Below are positions 17,681 through 27,453 of a stretch of DNA of 64,000 bases, piece after piece. Each line of letters begins with the position of its first letter. Position 1 is the stretch's first letter. The stretch lies in the IMG/VR virus record IMGVR_UViG_3300048080_000231; one strand, written 5' to 3'. The notes under the pieces are model-generated. The model saw only the letters and a list, made by a program, of their open reading frames with translations. It was not told the origin of the DNA and ran no database searches. Origin of the DNA: a virus. Made by a program: the position numbers and the translations under genes.

Positions 17681-18534
17681 AAACCTACCAATTCCCTCGT
17701 ATCATCAGCCTTAATAGCCTCCAGCAATTCCCCTCTTAACTCGTATCGTGTTCTGCCCACGTGATACCTCATCACTTTTGGCAAATTAAATGGCGATTCC
17801 AACTTAGTCCAATCAGGATTTCGCCTTGCATTTTCTGCCCAAGTTGCCGCCTCTACGTTCTCGATTGTAGGGCTTTCATGCCAAAAGGGGGCGTGTAGTG
17901 CGCGTTTCTCTATGATATTATCTCGGAAACCCCCAACCGCTGAAACATCCATAATCATTTCGTGTACGTAAGGCTTTATCCCCTCATCTCCCAAACCGCC
18001 CCATTGCTGAAACCATTCAGCACCAAGATTAGAACATACTTTAGCGTCAAAAGTTCTATTACTATTCATCCCATCGCCTACAAAGTAGAAGTTTCCTTTT
18101 TGTCCCACTCTATGAACAAGATGAGGAAACCATTTAACACGCTGGAAGTTATCACGATATTGTATACGCCAGAAGCTAAGGTCAAATTGCCCCTCATTGA
18201 ACTTTTGGTTCATCAACCTTAATAAATCCTCGTGCCAAATCTCATCAGCCTGATAATATAACACATTGTCATAATGGCAAAAATCTATCAGATCATTGGC
18301 AAGCAACGCAAAGGCACTTGCATCTATCACCGGCCATTGCGTCATGATAAGTTTGAATTTGGAATTAGCTTTAACAATATCTTGCAGCACCTCTAGCGTC
18401 CCGTCCGTGCTCCCCAAGTCCATAACCACGAATTCGGTGGCAAAGGGTAAGAGTGTTGCGATGCTCTCGAAAACACAAAAAGCACCTTTGAGTGTGTCTT
18501 TTATAAAGCAGCAAACGGATAGATTATAACTCAT
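17677..18534 (-). CDS. GT2-like glycosyltransferase
   Basis: EFVVMDLGSTDGTLEVL, VLYYQADEIW. Confidence 0.8.
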   Translation of the reverse strand: MSYNLSVCCFIKDTLKGAFCVFESIATLLPFATEFVVMDLGSTDGTLEVLQDIVKANSKFKLIMTQWPVIDASAFALLANDLIDFCHYDNVLYYQADEIWHEDLLRLMNQKFNEGQFDLSFWRIQYRDNFQRVKWFPHLVHRVGQKGNFYFVGDGMNSNRTFDAKVCSNLGAEWFQQWGGLGDEGIKPYVHEMIMDVSAVGGFRDNIIEKRALHAPFWHESPTIENVEAATWAENARRNPDWTKLESPFNLPKVMRYHVGRTRYELRGELLEAIKADDTRELVGL

Positions 18535-19393
18535 TCTCCCTCATCTTCCTTAATCCATCTTCAACCTTTGACAGTATCAAGCCCGCGCTATCCAACTTCC
18601 TTAAATCGTAGCTTGTGTTTTTTGGTCGCTTAGCCATACTGGTAAATTGGCTAGAGGAAACAGGCGTTAAGAGTTTTTTATCAAATCCCCACACTTTAGC
18701 AATCTTAAGACCAAATTCGTATAGAGAAATGCTCTCAGAAGAAGCAACATTGTATATCTGCCTACTCTCTTTACTTAGCTGCCAAATGGCCCAGGCACAG
18801 TCCCAGGCATAGGTAGGTTGCCAAATCACATCATTAACCAATTTAACAGATTGATTGCCACCCAAAGTATGAATAAGATAAGTCGCCCAATTCCCGCGCG
18901 CGCCTGGGCTATTCCAACCATAGAGCATAAAAGGGCGAATGATAAGGTAATCTAAACTACTCTGTTTTACTATTTCCTCTGCTTGCTGTTTGATTAGACC
19001 ATAGCTATTAATTGGCTTAAGTGGGCTTTTTTCAGAGTAAGGTGGATTAGTTCCCTCGTAGACAGCATTAGTGCTTATATAAATAAACTTACTATTATAA
19101 GCCTCTGCCGCCCTGATAACGTTTTCAGTTCCTTTAGCATTAACCGCGTACACTTCGCTATAGTTTGTCCCTGCATAATCTACACTGCCAATAGCCGCAC
19201 AATGGATGATTAACTCGGGCTTAATCTTATCCATTACATAGCGTATCTGGCTTTTATTACCTACATCCATTTGGTGCATATTGGCAAGGTAATTTGTATA
19301 CCAGGTCGCTTCAATCTCATAACCGTGAGGTTTGGTTAGAATGAGATATTTTCCCAAAAGAGAATTGCCGCCCGTGATAAGAACTTTTACCAT
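18524..19393 (-). CDS. rmlD: dTDP-4-dehydrorhamnose reductase
   Basis: ITGGNSLLG, IIHCAAIGSVD, YISTNAVYEG, PINSYGLIKQQAE, IRPFMLYG, WQPTYAWD, AKRPKNTSYD. Confidence 0.85.
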   Translation of the reverse strand: MVKVLITGGNSLLGKYLILTKPHGYEIEATWYTNYLANMHQMDVGNKSQIRYVMDKIKPELIIHCAAIGSVDYAGTNYSEVYAVNAKGTENVIRAAEAYNSKFIYISTNAVYEGTNPPYSEKSPLKPINSYGLIKQQAEEIVKQSSLDYLIIRPFMLYGWNSPGARGNWATYLIHTLGGNQSVKLVNDVIWQPTYAWDCAWAIWQLSKESRQIYNVASSESISLYEFGLKIAKVWGFDKKLLTPVSSSQFTSMAKRPKNTSYDLRKLDSAGLILSKVEDGLRKMRENEL

Positions 19394-20115
19394 TTACTAT
19401 AGTCCGTCTCAAAAAGGCCATCAGTAGTTATTTTATTGTGATGCCAATACCTATATTCTGGCGGACAAACGTACCGCCATTGATTAGTTACTCTGCAATG
19501 TAATTCCATTCGCCCCTCAAGCATAGCCCAATATTCAGGTAGAGGCCCGCCTGAAATATTCACATTGCCATCCCATCTTGGCTGATTGAAGTTAGCTCGT
19601 CTAAATTCCTCTACCCGCGCCATGAACATCTGCTGAGACATGCGCCGGGTTAATCGTTCCGGTTCGCCATCATTGGGGGAAACAATGAAGATATTTTTAT
19701 CTGCTTCTAGCTTCTCTATACCAAATTGCACCCAACTTTGGAGTTGACTAACCATCCAACAATCAGCATCAGCAAATACGATATAATCAGTAGTGGCTTC
19801 GCTAATTGCCTTTAGATGATTAACAACGTGATACTTCCACCTATGTATTTTGTCAGTCGGACTAATATATTGTGGCTTATCTATATCAATCTCAAATGCC
19901 CGAAGTGTATCATCTATATCAGTAATCTCAACTTGAGTAATTGGTAAATAAGGAACAAGAGGCTTATAAAAATCGGGATTGCATAATTGATACATCACAA
20001 GAATTTCATCAAAAGCATAGCTGTTGCTTTCAACTTGCTTTCTCAATTGACCGGGTGCGTGTAACTTAAGCGCATCGCCGGCATGGCAGAAAGTAGCAAA
20101 GGTTACACTAGTCAT
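19387..20115 (-). CDS. GT-A fold glycosyltransferase-like protein
   Basis: DYIVFADADCW DxD motif; context among GT genes. Confidence 0.6.
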   Translation of the reverse strand: MTSVTFATFCHAGDALKLHAPGQLRKQVESNSYAFDEILVMYQLCNPDFYKPLVPYLPITQVEITDIDDTLRAFEIDIDKPQYISPTDKIHRWKYHVVNHLKAISEATTDYIVFADADCWMVSQLQSWVQFGIEKLEADKNIFIVSPNDGEPERLTRRMSQQMFMARVEEFRRANFNQPRWDGNVNISGGPLPEYWAMLEGRMELHCRVTNQWRYVCPPEYRYWHHNKITTDGLFETDYSKW

Positions 20116-20840
20116 ATTGTAGGTTCATATCTCGTCTGGCCCACCAATAATTTTAATACTATTGGAATGTTAAATGGCGTTGTTCTCCACGTCCAAAGCG
20201 GGTCAGCCAATTGCACTTGTTCTTCCTTTTCACTCAATTCGTAAGGTAAGGTAAAGTGGATCGGTACGGCTATATGTCTCGGTTGTCCGAATAAGATAGC
20301 TTGGTTTTGTTTCCGGGCATAGTAGTTATCCAAAAAACAGCCCGAAATATCCCATAAAAAGCCCGCTTCAGGCGGCAATATCTTTACTCCTTCCGGGCAA
20401 TTAGTAGGATGTAAGTGATAGCTTCCCTGTCCGGTCGGGAATATTCTATGAACAGGAATTGGATACCATTTACATCGTTGAAAGTTTTGCTCTAGCTGCA
20501 AGCGATAGACAGCAAGATTATGATTGCCTTGGAATATTTCTTTACGCACATTATAAAGCAACTTAGGATCGTAAACCTCATCAGCTTCAAAGAAGATGGT
20601 TACATCCTCCTGACACTGATGGCGTAATTCCCAAGCGACTAAGTGCGCCTCTTTTCCCCACCACGAAGATACTACCTTGATCCAGCTTATCTTTTCTAGT
20701 CTCTCTCTTGTCCCATCCGTGGAGGCCATATCTACGACTACAATCTCATCAACATAAGGAGTAACCGCTTCTATCGCCTCAAAAAGGGGATAGCCGCCCT
20801 CAACTGCGTTATGGATAAAGGTAAAGCCGCTAATTTTCAT
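20112..20840 (-). CDS. GT2-like glycosyltransferase
   Basis: MKISGFTFIHN..YP..EAI, IVVVDMASTDGT, FFEADEVY; paralog of 17677-18534. Confidence 0.8.
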   Translation of the reverse strand: MKISGFTFIHNAVEGGYPLFEAIEAVTPYVDEIVVVDMASTDGTRERLEKISWIKVVSSWWGKEAHLVAWELRHQCQEDVTIFFEADEVYDPKLLYNVRKEIFQGNHNLAVYRLQLEQNFQRCKWYPIPVHRIFPTGQGSYHLHPTNCPEGVKILPPEAGFLWDISGCFLDNYYARKQNQAILFGQPRHIAVPIHFTLPYELSEKEEQVQLADPLWTWRTTPFNIPIVLKLLVGQTRYEPTI

Positions 20841-21029
20841 TCTGCATTTCCTGCCAAAAAAGAAGCACTATTTTTCGCCCTTTTTCCTTTTCTTGCTCTA
20901 ACCATGTAGGAGGATAGATATTTAAATTTCATTTTCCGTAAACGTTTTATGTTCTGTAGATGTATAGGCCGTAGGGTCTATATCCCTATATGCAAAAGAT
21001 ACCTGATAAGTTATGAACCAAGTTTTCAT
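20830..21029 (-). pseudogene. Small gene apparently broken by a 1-nt deletion
   Basis: MKTWFITYQVSFAY...TENEI* continues as NIYPPTWLEQEKEKGRKIVLLFWQEMQNEN* if one T is restored in ATTT. Confidence 0.35.
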
Positions 21030-21871
21030 CGCCACTTTTCCGTACTCTCCCATACCGCTTGCCTGACCATCTTCCCAAATTGAAACTCCTCACACATTCT
21101 CTTTCTGGCCCTTTCTCCCATTTCGCGCCATTGCGCATAGTCACTTCTTAACACATCATTGGCGCGTTTCACAATAGCATCATAGCCGGCAAATATCATA
21201 TATTCGCCAGAAAAAGGATAGGCTTCAATTAAAGTTTCACTGATGATAGGCAAACCATAAGCGGCAAAAAGAGCGAAACGCAGAGGTTCTTGAAACGGGT
21301 GATTATCTTGGTGAATATTGAGCGCAAATTTGGATTGTTTCAATACCCTATCACGCTCAGGCGGCCAGCAATTAGGCCCAAGTCTATCATAGCCAAGGCG
21401 AGAATAAATCTCAGCACGCCGGGGAACTATAGCCGACATGTGAACGAAGTCATGCATTTTATAGTCGCTTGGTTCACCTAAACCGTAGTCAGAGCCAAGC
21501 ACTACGAAGCGTAAGTGTGTTTCATTTGCAAGTTTGCTATCCGAAACCCAAATTTCATCTACTTGACGATTGTAGATATAATTGCGGTTACTTTCTCCGT
21601 AATTGCCCACGCTTCCTTTGCTACCCGAAGGACGTTCAATATTCCATAAAATAAGATGGGCATTTCTTTCTTTATGTGCCTGATTATCTATGTGCGGATT
21701 CCATTCGCCATTATGAGGAGAGACAATGTAAACCTTATGCTGAGATACGTCCACTTCGCTTATCGGAATGATAGGAAAGCCTGATAGCTCAGCTAAACGA
21801 AAGAAGTCTGTGTACGAATCGTAGTGATGCCCTGTTCTAACAAAGATAATTTCAGCCATTGGATGCTTCAA
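21026..21871 (-). CDS. GT-B (Glyco_trans_1_2-like) glycosyltransferase
   Basis: RVLKQSKFALNIHQ..FQEPLRFALFAAYGLPIISE...REMGERARK. Confidence 0.75.
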   Translation of the reverse strand: MKHPMAEIIFVRTGHHYDSYTDFFRLAELSGFPIIPISEVDVSQHKVYIVSPHNGEWNPHIDNQAHKERNAHLILWNIERPSGSKGSVGNYGESNRNYIYNRQVDEIWVSDSKLANETHLRFVVLGSDYGLGEPSDYKMHDFVHMSAIVPRRAEIYSRLGYDRLGPNCWPPERDRVLKQSKFALNIHQDNHPFQEPLRFALFAAYGLPIISETLIEAYPFSGEYMIFAGYDAIVKRANDVLRSDYAQWREMGERARKRMCEEFQFGKMVRQAVWESTEKWR

Positions 21872-22067
21872 CCTTTATCTTGGTTTCACCATCACTTGCG
21901 CGATAAAAGGTAAATTTATAACAAGTTTCTCCATTATCAATTTTAAAGCCTCTAAATTGTTCACGTAATTCTAATTGGTCAGGCTTTACATAGTTTGTCC
22001 AAAATTGTCTAAAGGCTTCTTTTGCCTCGTATGGAGTTTCAAAGGCAGTGGTTATGGTTATTTCCAT
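21852..22067 (-). CDS. Hypothetical protein
   Basis: 71 aa ORF in operon. Confidence 0.5.
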   Translation of the reverse strand: MEITITTAFETPYEAKEAFRQFWTNYVKPDQLELREQFRGFKIDNGETCYKFTFYRASDGETKIKVEASNG

Positions 22068-22143
22068 TATTCTTCTTTCAAGGGGTATTCAAAAAGCCCT
22101 TTTAAGTTAGCCCTTTTTGATAATCTGCAAAATAAGATTGTGT

Positions 22144-22323
22144 CTATTGAGGAGAATGTACCAACTTAATATATATCCAAGCCGTTGAGGAAAATGTCAT
22201 CAATTCATTACCTGCATCATCAAGAATATCTAAAGACCCATCTTCGTCTATTGACCAAGTAGACCCTTCGACATTCATTCTTCTTTCTTCAATACCGACT
22301 AAGTAAGAAACTTCAAATGTCAT
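22144..22323 (-). CDS. Small hypothetical protein (not in ORF track)
   Basis: MTFEVSYLVGIEERRMNVEGSTWSIDEDGSLDILDDAGNELMTFSSTAWIYIKLVHSPQ*, abuts the upstream stop. Confidence 0.5.
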   Translation of the reverse strand: MTFEVSYLVGIEERRMNVEGSTWSIDEDGSLDILDDAGNELMTFSSTAWIYIKLVHSPQ

Positions 22324-23073
22324 TTATTCAATCTTCCTTAAATTGTAAAATGGATGACTTTTCATAATCTCAGGTAATCGGCTTTTATCAAATGGCATAG
22401 GGCTCCAGAAGCCTTTATCATTTGTCGGGTGACAATCAGCCGGGGGAGGCCAGACAGACCATTTATCAACAAACCAATCAGGACGCAATTCAGCTTTATG
22501 GCCGTGTATCAGCCACTTATAAGCCATAACAGAATCGCGTACAGCGTAGCCAAAATGGTATATCTCTCCAAATTCTTTGGGGATATAGCCAATCTCTTTA
22601 CCATCTTGGCGCAAGTCCATGAAGCGTACCGGCCAGCCTTCGTCACGGCAAACCCAATCGAAGCTGTGCCAAAAGTGAGTGAAGTTGATAAGCCAATTGC
22701 GCTTATTGCCATTGGCTACTAATTCCAAGGCCGCCTTAAGTGTAGCCTCTTGCCAAATCTCATCGCAATCTACTACTAGCACTACATCAGCCCCGGCCTT
22801 ACGGCATATCTCTACCGCCAAGTCCCGATGCTGGCCCTCATGCCATACATTTTCAATATCATACCATTTAATCTTGTGTTCCGGGTCATAAGTAGCAACA
22901 GCCGCCATGATCGCTTCGCGCGATTCAATTGGCGGCTGTTCTGTTTTGTAACCGTGAGTTGGATGAGGGGTATATAAGACGTGGATTTGTTCTACTTGGT
23001 TGTAAACTGATTGTAAGGCATAACTAACATAATCCACGCCATAATGTAAAATTTGATAAGCATGCGTTTTCAA
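22324..23073 (-). CDS. GT2-like glycosyltransferase
   Basis: YALQSVYNQVEQIHVLY, HEGQHRDLA, VLVVDCDEIW, IYHFGYA; first gene after the capsid gene. Confidence 0.75.
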   Translation of the reverse strand: MKTHAYQILHYGVDYVSYALQSVYNQVEQIHVLYTPHPTHGYKTEQPPIESREAIMAAVATYDPEHKIKWYDIENVWHEGQHRDLAVEICRKAGADVVLVVDCDEIWQEATLKAALELVANGNKRNWLINFTHFWHSFDWVCRDEGWPVRFMDLRQDGKEIGYIPKEFGEIYHFGYAVRDSVMAYKWLIHGHKAELRPDWFVDKWSVWPPPADCHPTNDKGFWSPMPFDKSRLPEIMKSHPFYNLRKIE

Positions 23074-23159
23074 GCCAGGTCTCTACCTTTCCAATGGCTA
23101 GAGCAACAACTATATGCCACTCTAGCCATATTATAGCACAAACTTTGCTAGATGCTAAA

Positions 23160-24623
23160 TTACGGACAGTCCACGCAGTCACCATAAAGAGTTGGGGGCG
23201 TAGTAATCGCACGTCCACCGCCGCGCTCGTACACTCTGCCGCTGCCGGTCGTATCAGGCAATGGTCTGCCTAAAACGTTGTGGCAGGCGTTCTGGATACG
23301 CCCTGTAAGCCACGGGGCTTTAGCCACGATACGCGGCTTGGTGTAGATCTGCACATCAAAACAGCCACGCTCATTGTCTCTCACTAGAGCATATCGGCCA
23401 TTGTCAGTAATAGCAATGTCGTCGCTTCCAAAGAGGCTAACGATTTCATTGCGCGTCCGGCCATAAGTCAAATTAAAGTCCTGATACTGGCCAAAGGTGA
23501 TCTCTTCACCGTTAATGGACTTGGTAATAAAGTAAATATCTGAACAAATCCCATTCGCTTGTCCAGTCGTTTCCGGTATCTGGCTATCCAAAACCACTGG
23601 ATACCATCGGCCATAAATCGGTAAAGCCATCCGACTAAGATACTCCTCATGCCGCGCTTGGGCCTGGTCTACCGAGGCGTTCATGCGGTTGCTGCCAGTG
23701 ACGGTAATATTGCACAGGTCTATACCTGCGCAGGCATATCGCTTAGCTACCCCATCCCACATATTTGGGGACATCACGATGTACATTTCTGCTGTCCCCC
23801 AGTCCATTCCCGCGCCGCCCGCACGCCGTTCAAACTCCAACACCATGCGCCGGAAGTAATCGGTGATCGCTAGTGCGCCATCGCTTGCCAGAGCATTGAA
23901 ATTGTAATCAAGCAGAAAAGCATCAATAGCCGCACAAGCTAATTGAGTGTAGGCATCAAACTTTCCGGTATTCACGATGCTTTGGAAACCGGAATATTCC
24001 TGATAAGCCGTACCGGTGCCATTACACGGGTCACCATTCCACAACATCGTGGCGTTCTTCAGGCGTAAGAGATAGCCGGCCGTGCGTGATTGCAACATAA
24101 ACGCATCGGTGATTTGCGCGCCCATTGGGATAAGCACGTTGCCCGCTGCATCAGTCACACTACCAAACAAACTTTTAATTGGCACTTGGGCATTATGTCG
24201 CGTACCAAGTCGGTCAAATTGCAACTCTTGGGTCTGGCGGCAGAAGCGGCCAAAACAATAAAGTTGAGCACAAGCATAAAGGGTCGGACTGATACAATCA
24301 CCACAGACCGCCGCTTGCTCAGTTGCGCTGCTTTCACCGATACTTGACCAGGCATCCACAAACTCATTTTCAGTATCAGTGCCAATCCAGGTCATCACCG
24401 CCTCGAAACCAACTGGCCCGACAAGTGCATTGATAAGCTGGCTTGGGCCATCACACCGGCCAAATAAGCCACCACCTGCATACAGGTACGCATTAGTTGC
24501 CGGCGTACCACCGGCTTTCAAACCATACGGCACATGGCCGCCATAAACTTTCTGACCTTCCAAGTACGGATTAAGTGCCTGGGCCAGAGCAAGTAAAAGA
24601 TTATTTTCTTGCATCGTATCCAT
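23160..24623 (-). CDS. Major capsid protein
   Basis: 487 aa immediately after protease/scaffold; HK97-fold expected from synteny; Cys-rich. Confidence 0.8.
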   Translation of the reverse strand: MDTMQENNLLLALAQALNPYLEGQKVYGGHVPYGLKAGGTPATNAYLYAGGGLFGRCDGPSQLINALVGPVGFEAVMTWIGTDTENEFVDAWSSIGESSATEQAAVCGDCISPTLYACAQLYCFGRFCRQTQELQFDRLGTRHNAQVPIKSLFGSVTDAAGNVLIPMGAQITDAFMLQSRTAGYLLRLKNATMLWNGDPCNGTGTAYQEYSGFQSIVNTGKFDAYTQLACAAIDAFLLDYNFNALASDGALAITDYFRRMVLEFERRAGGAGMDWGTAEMYIVMSPNMWDGVAKRYACAGIDLCNITVTGSNRMNASVDQAQARHEEYLSRMALPIYGRWYPVVLDSQIPETTGQANGICSDIYFITKSINGEEITFGQYQDFNLTYGRTRNEIVSLFGSDDIAITDNGRYALVRDNERGCFDVQIYTKPRIVAKAPWLTGRIQNACHNVLGRPLPDTTGSGRVYERGGGRAITTPPTLYGDCVDCP

Positions 24624-24637
24624 GATAGAGACCTGCT

Positions 24638-26830
24638 TTATTTTTTGTTAAAGAGACGCGAGGCTACACTTTCGCCTTCGCGTAACAAGGTGCTGCCAAT
24701 CATGTTCTCTTTTAGGCCATCACCTTCCTTGACCTGGGTCTCTACCGCTTCTGTTGCTCGCTGTAACATACTAAATGTAAATCGTGGGGTCTCTACCTTT
24801 GACTTTAAGGTTTCGGCTTTTTCCAGCTTCTCTAATCTGTCAGTCAAAGCCTTGATTTCAACACCAAGGGTCATTAGTGCCTCTGCGAATGGCTGATTAT
24901 CAACCGCAAATTGTTTGCCAACAAATGCCGCCAATTTCTCAAGATCAACTACCATTTCCGGCTTGACTTCCTCTACTACTTTCGGTTTAATGACTTCTAC
25001 TGACTTTGGTGTCACTTCCGGTTTAATAGCCTGTACCGGCTTTGGTGCTTCTTGCTGTTGTGCTTGGGCTTTATGCGCCACACCGGCCGCCTCTAGCTCA
25101 GCTGTACGTTTTTCGCCATCAACTTCAATTTGCTTTACAAATCCTTCACCAAAGATTTCAATTGCTGCTTTTCTTTGCTCATCACTTAACATAATTTGTT
25201 TCCCTTCCGTCCAAATATTAGCCGCTGCATAGCGGGGAAGTGTAGACGTTTTCGTAATCCAAATATGGTCAAAAATTGCATCCTCTCTGTCCTCTGGTAG
25301 AAATCTAAATTCAGGTGATGCGCCCCATCCCTCGGGTGCAATCGCCGGGTGTCCATTAGGATGTTGCCTAAAAAACTTCTTAGCCCGTTTACCTGCTTCA
25401 TTGTCGAGATATGGGCCAGCTTCGACTAGAAAGCGCCCTATAATTGCTTGCCATTCTTTCTTAGCAAATTCGGTTCCGGGAATATGCCAAAAGTCGAAAG
25501 TGCCTTTATCTCCATTTTTAGCATTTTCGCCTACATAGTTTTCTAATGCTTTAGTGCTGAAAATTTCTTCATCACGATCTTGGAAAGCATTGGTAGACCA
25601 AGTGAAATGCCAGAGGTCGCCTTTAATCGTTTTGATAGCTATACCAATCTCCTCTTCTAATTGTTCTTCTTTACCAAACACAGCATTAACCGCGCGTTTA
25701 GCCAGATCGGTTAATGGTTGCCACTTCTTATTTTTAGTAGCAGTCATAGTCTCATTAACCAGCGTGCCAAATTCAAAGACAAGATTTCTCAAAGCCTCTT
25801 GTTTGTCTGCTACTTCCGGGTTAAGCATAATGTTATTGATGAGGCCATGTAACTGTCCGGTTAGCTCATCTACCTCATGCGCGCTTTCCGTAGCTTGTTG
25901 CATTGCTGTTAAATCAGAAAAGGTAATTACGCCAAAAGGTATAGAATATTCCATTCCCTCATCCCACATCTTTTTATCTTTTTCTTCGCCCGTAGCTTCC
26001 TCAAGGCTTGTGTTCATATCATGTTCCTTTAACCAGGCGCGTGCTTCAGCCGGCGTGAATTTGTTACTGTCGAAACGAATTGATTGCAACTCGGTAGTAT
26101 CATCTTCTTGCACACCACTACCTAATTTATCATTTTGCCGCCTAATGCGCTTGTAGCCTTCAGGAGACATTTGGCGTGCTGCATGTTCATTCGGGAAAGG
26201 CATATCGTCACCTTCTTGTTTTTCGTCACTCAACTTTTTTTTAACTACTCTTAACCTTGGATTTCTCACCAAAGCCAGTTGATACAAAGGTAATTCCTCT
26301 AAATTAGGTTCATTGATAAATTCAGGTTCGCTATCATAGGTAGCTTTGAGAATAGTTTTTAGCTCATCTGTTTTTATCAGGTCACTGATAGCAATAAACT
26401 TACCATCGCTTAAAGCCAAAGCATTGTCATTAAGTATCACCGTTTTGGGTAATCGTCTAGCTTTTTCAATCAAAGCTCTTTCTTTTGTATCTGGTTGATA
26501 GGTTACAATTTTGCCATCTATAAATGTCTCAGGTAATTCATAAGGTTCAAAGCTTGCTATTTTATGGACATAAAACTTATCAGCTTCAGGCCAATAGCGT
26601 TTTCTTTCCTCTACGTAAATGCAATGTTGATCAAACCATTCTTGACTATCAAAAGCCTTAGCTTTTAATTGCGCTGGTTGATTTAATATTGCCTCCCCAA
26701 AGGCTTCCCCATCTGAAATAATCAAGATAGGCGCATCTGTTTCTAATGGCTTATCTGTAGCAATAGCAGTTTGCTTACCACGCCAAACGAGAAAGCCATG
26801 AGGTCGGGGAAGTTCAAGTATAGATGTCAT
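24638..26830 (-). CDS. Prohead protease/scaffold polyprotein with ASCH/PUA-like N-terminus
   Basis: N: LPRPHGFLVWRGKQTAI; middle MPFPNEHAARQ...QSIRFDSNKFTPAEARAWLKEH module; protease-like STNAFQDRDEEIF...FWH...RFLVEAG; acidic coiled scaffold tail. Confidence 0.65.
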   Translation of the reverse strand: MTSILELPRPHGFLVWRGKQTAIATDKPLETDAPILIISDGEAFGEAILNQPAQLKAKAFDSQEWFDQHCIYVEERKRYWPEADKFYVHKIASFEPYELPETFIDGKIVTYQPDTKERALIEKARRLPKTVILNDNALALSDGKFIAISDLIKTDELKTILKATYDSEPEFINEPNLEELPLYQLALVRNPRLRVVKKKLSDEKQEGDDMPFPNEHAARQMSPEGYKRIRRQNDKLGSGVQEDDTTELQSIRFDSNKFTPAEARAWLKEHDMNTSLEEATGEEKDKKMWDEGMEYSIPFGVITFSDLTAMQQATESAHEVDELTGQLHGLINNIMLNPEVADKQEALRNLVFEFGTLVNETMTATKNKKWQPLTDLAKRAVNAVFGKEEQLEEEIGIAIKTIKGDLWHFTWSTNAFQDRDEEIFSTKALENYVGENAKNGDKGTFDFWHIPGTEFAKKEWQAIIGRFLVEAGPYLDNEAGKRAKKFFRQHPNGHPAIAPEGWGASPEFRFLPEDREDAIFDHIWITKTSTLPRYAAANIWTEGKQIMLSDEQRKAAIEIFGEGFVKQIEVDGEKRTAELEAAGVAHKAQAQQQEAPKPVQAIKPEVTPKSVEVIKPKVVEEVKPEMVVDLEKLAAFVGKQFAVDNQPFAEALMTLGVEIKALTDRLEKLEKAETLKSKVETPRFTFSMLQRATEAVETQVKEGDGLKENMIGSTLLREGESVASRLFNKK

Positions 26831-27453
26831 CGTGGTAATGGCCCTTTGCTGATAGGTTCATTAGTTATCTCCAAAGTACATTTGCACCGCCAACCACCAC
26901 ATTCAATGGCCGGATTAGGTGGGTTCTGTGGTCTTATGCCTACCTTATTCCAGTAGCTAGCCCGTTTTACACGGCCATGCAAACGTGGACAAGTTTTACA
27001 ATGTTGCTCAGTTGCACCTAAACGCCACACTAGTTTTTGATCGGCACAAGCTATTATTTTAGCTTCATTAGTAATATCTAAGTAGCGATTAGTCCAAGTG
27101 TTTAGTCGTCCAAATAATGGCGTTAGTTGTCCCTTGTTTGTCTTACTATTCGCTTCAATTACTTCCCCAAAATCAGCGATATAAGACCGTTCCTTTACAA
27201 TTCTTTCGCTTAATGCCTTTTCTTCTTCTATTGAAAGTTCATCAGGCTTAATACCACATTCTAATGCTCCCTCATGCCATGCGCCTGTAAGTCCACGCGT
27301 AATGGCAGAATTCATTGCGCTAAAGAATTGATCGAAATCTAACACGCTAGACCAAAGCCCCCTTACCGCGCTTCGCAGATTACGCTGATAAGCGTCTATA
27401 CGTGACTGTTTGGCTTTGATCTGAACTTGTTGAAGCTCAATCGTTACCAACAT
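26827..27453 (-). CDS. Minor head morphogenesis protein (Mu gpF/SPP1 gp7-like)
   Basis: WRLGATEQHCKTCPRLHG...CGGWRCKCTL Cys motif after the portal. Confidence 0.75.
   Translation of the reverse strand: MLVTIELQQVQIKAKQSRIDAYQRNLRSAVRGLWSSVLDFDQFFSAMNSAITRGLTGAWHEGALECGIKPDELSIEEEKALSERIVKERSYIADFGEVIEANSKTNKGQLTPLFGRLNTWTNRYLDITNEAKIIACADQKLVWRLGATEQHCKTCPRLHGRVKRASYWNKVGIRPQNPPNPAIECGGWRCKCTLEITNEPISKGPLPR

Noticed and set aside
8574-23073. T4-like DNA glucosylation or O-antigen conversion as the main role of the GT island
   Set aside because: No hydroxymethylase/TET or nucleotide-kinase genes, and no flippase, polymerase or gtrABC-like set; position in the late capsid operon favours virion targets. 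Not fully excluded
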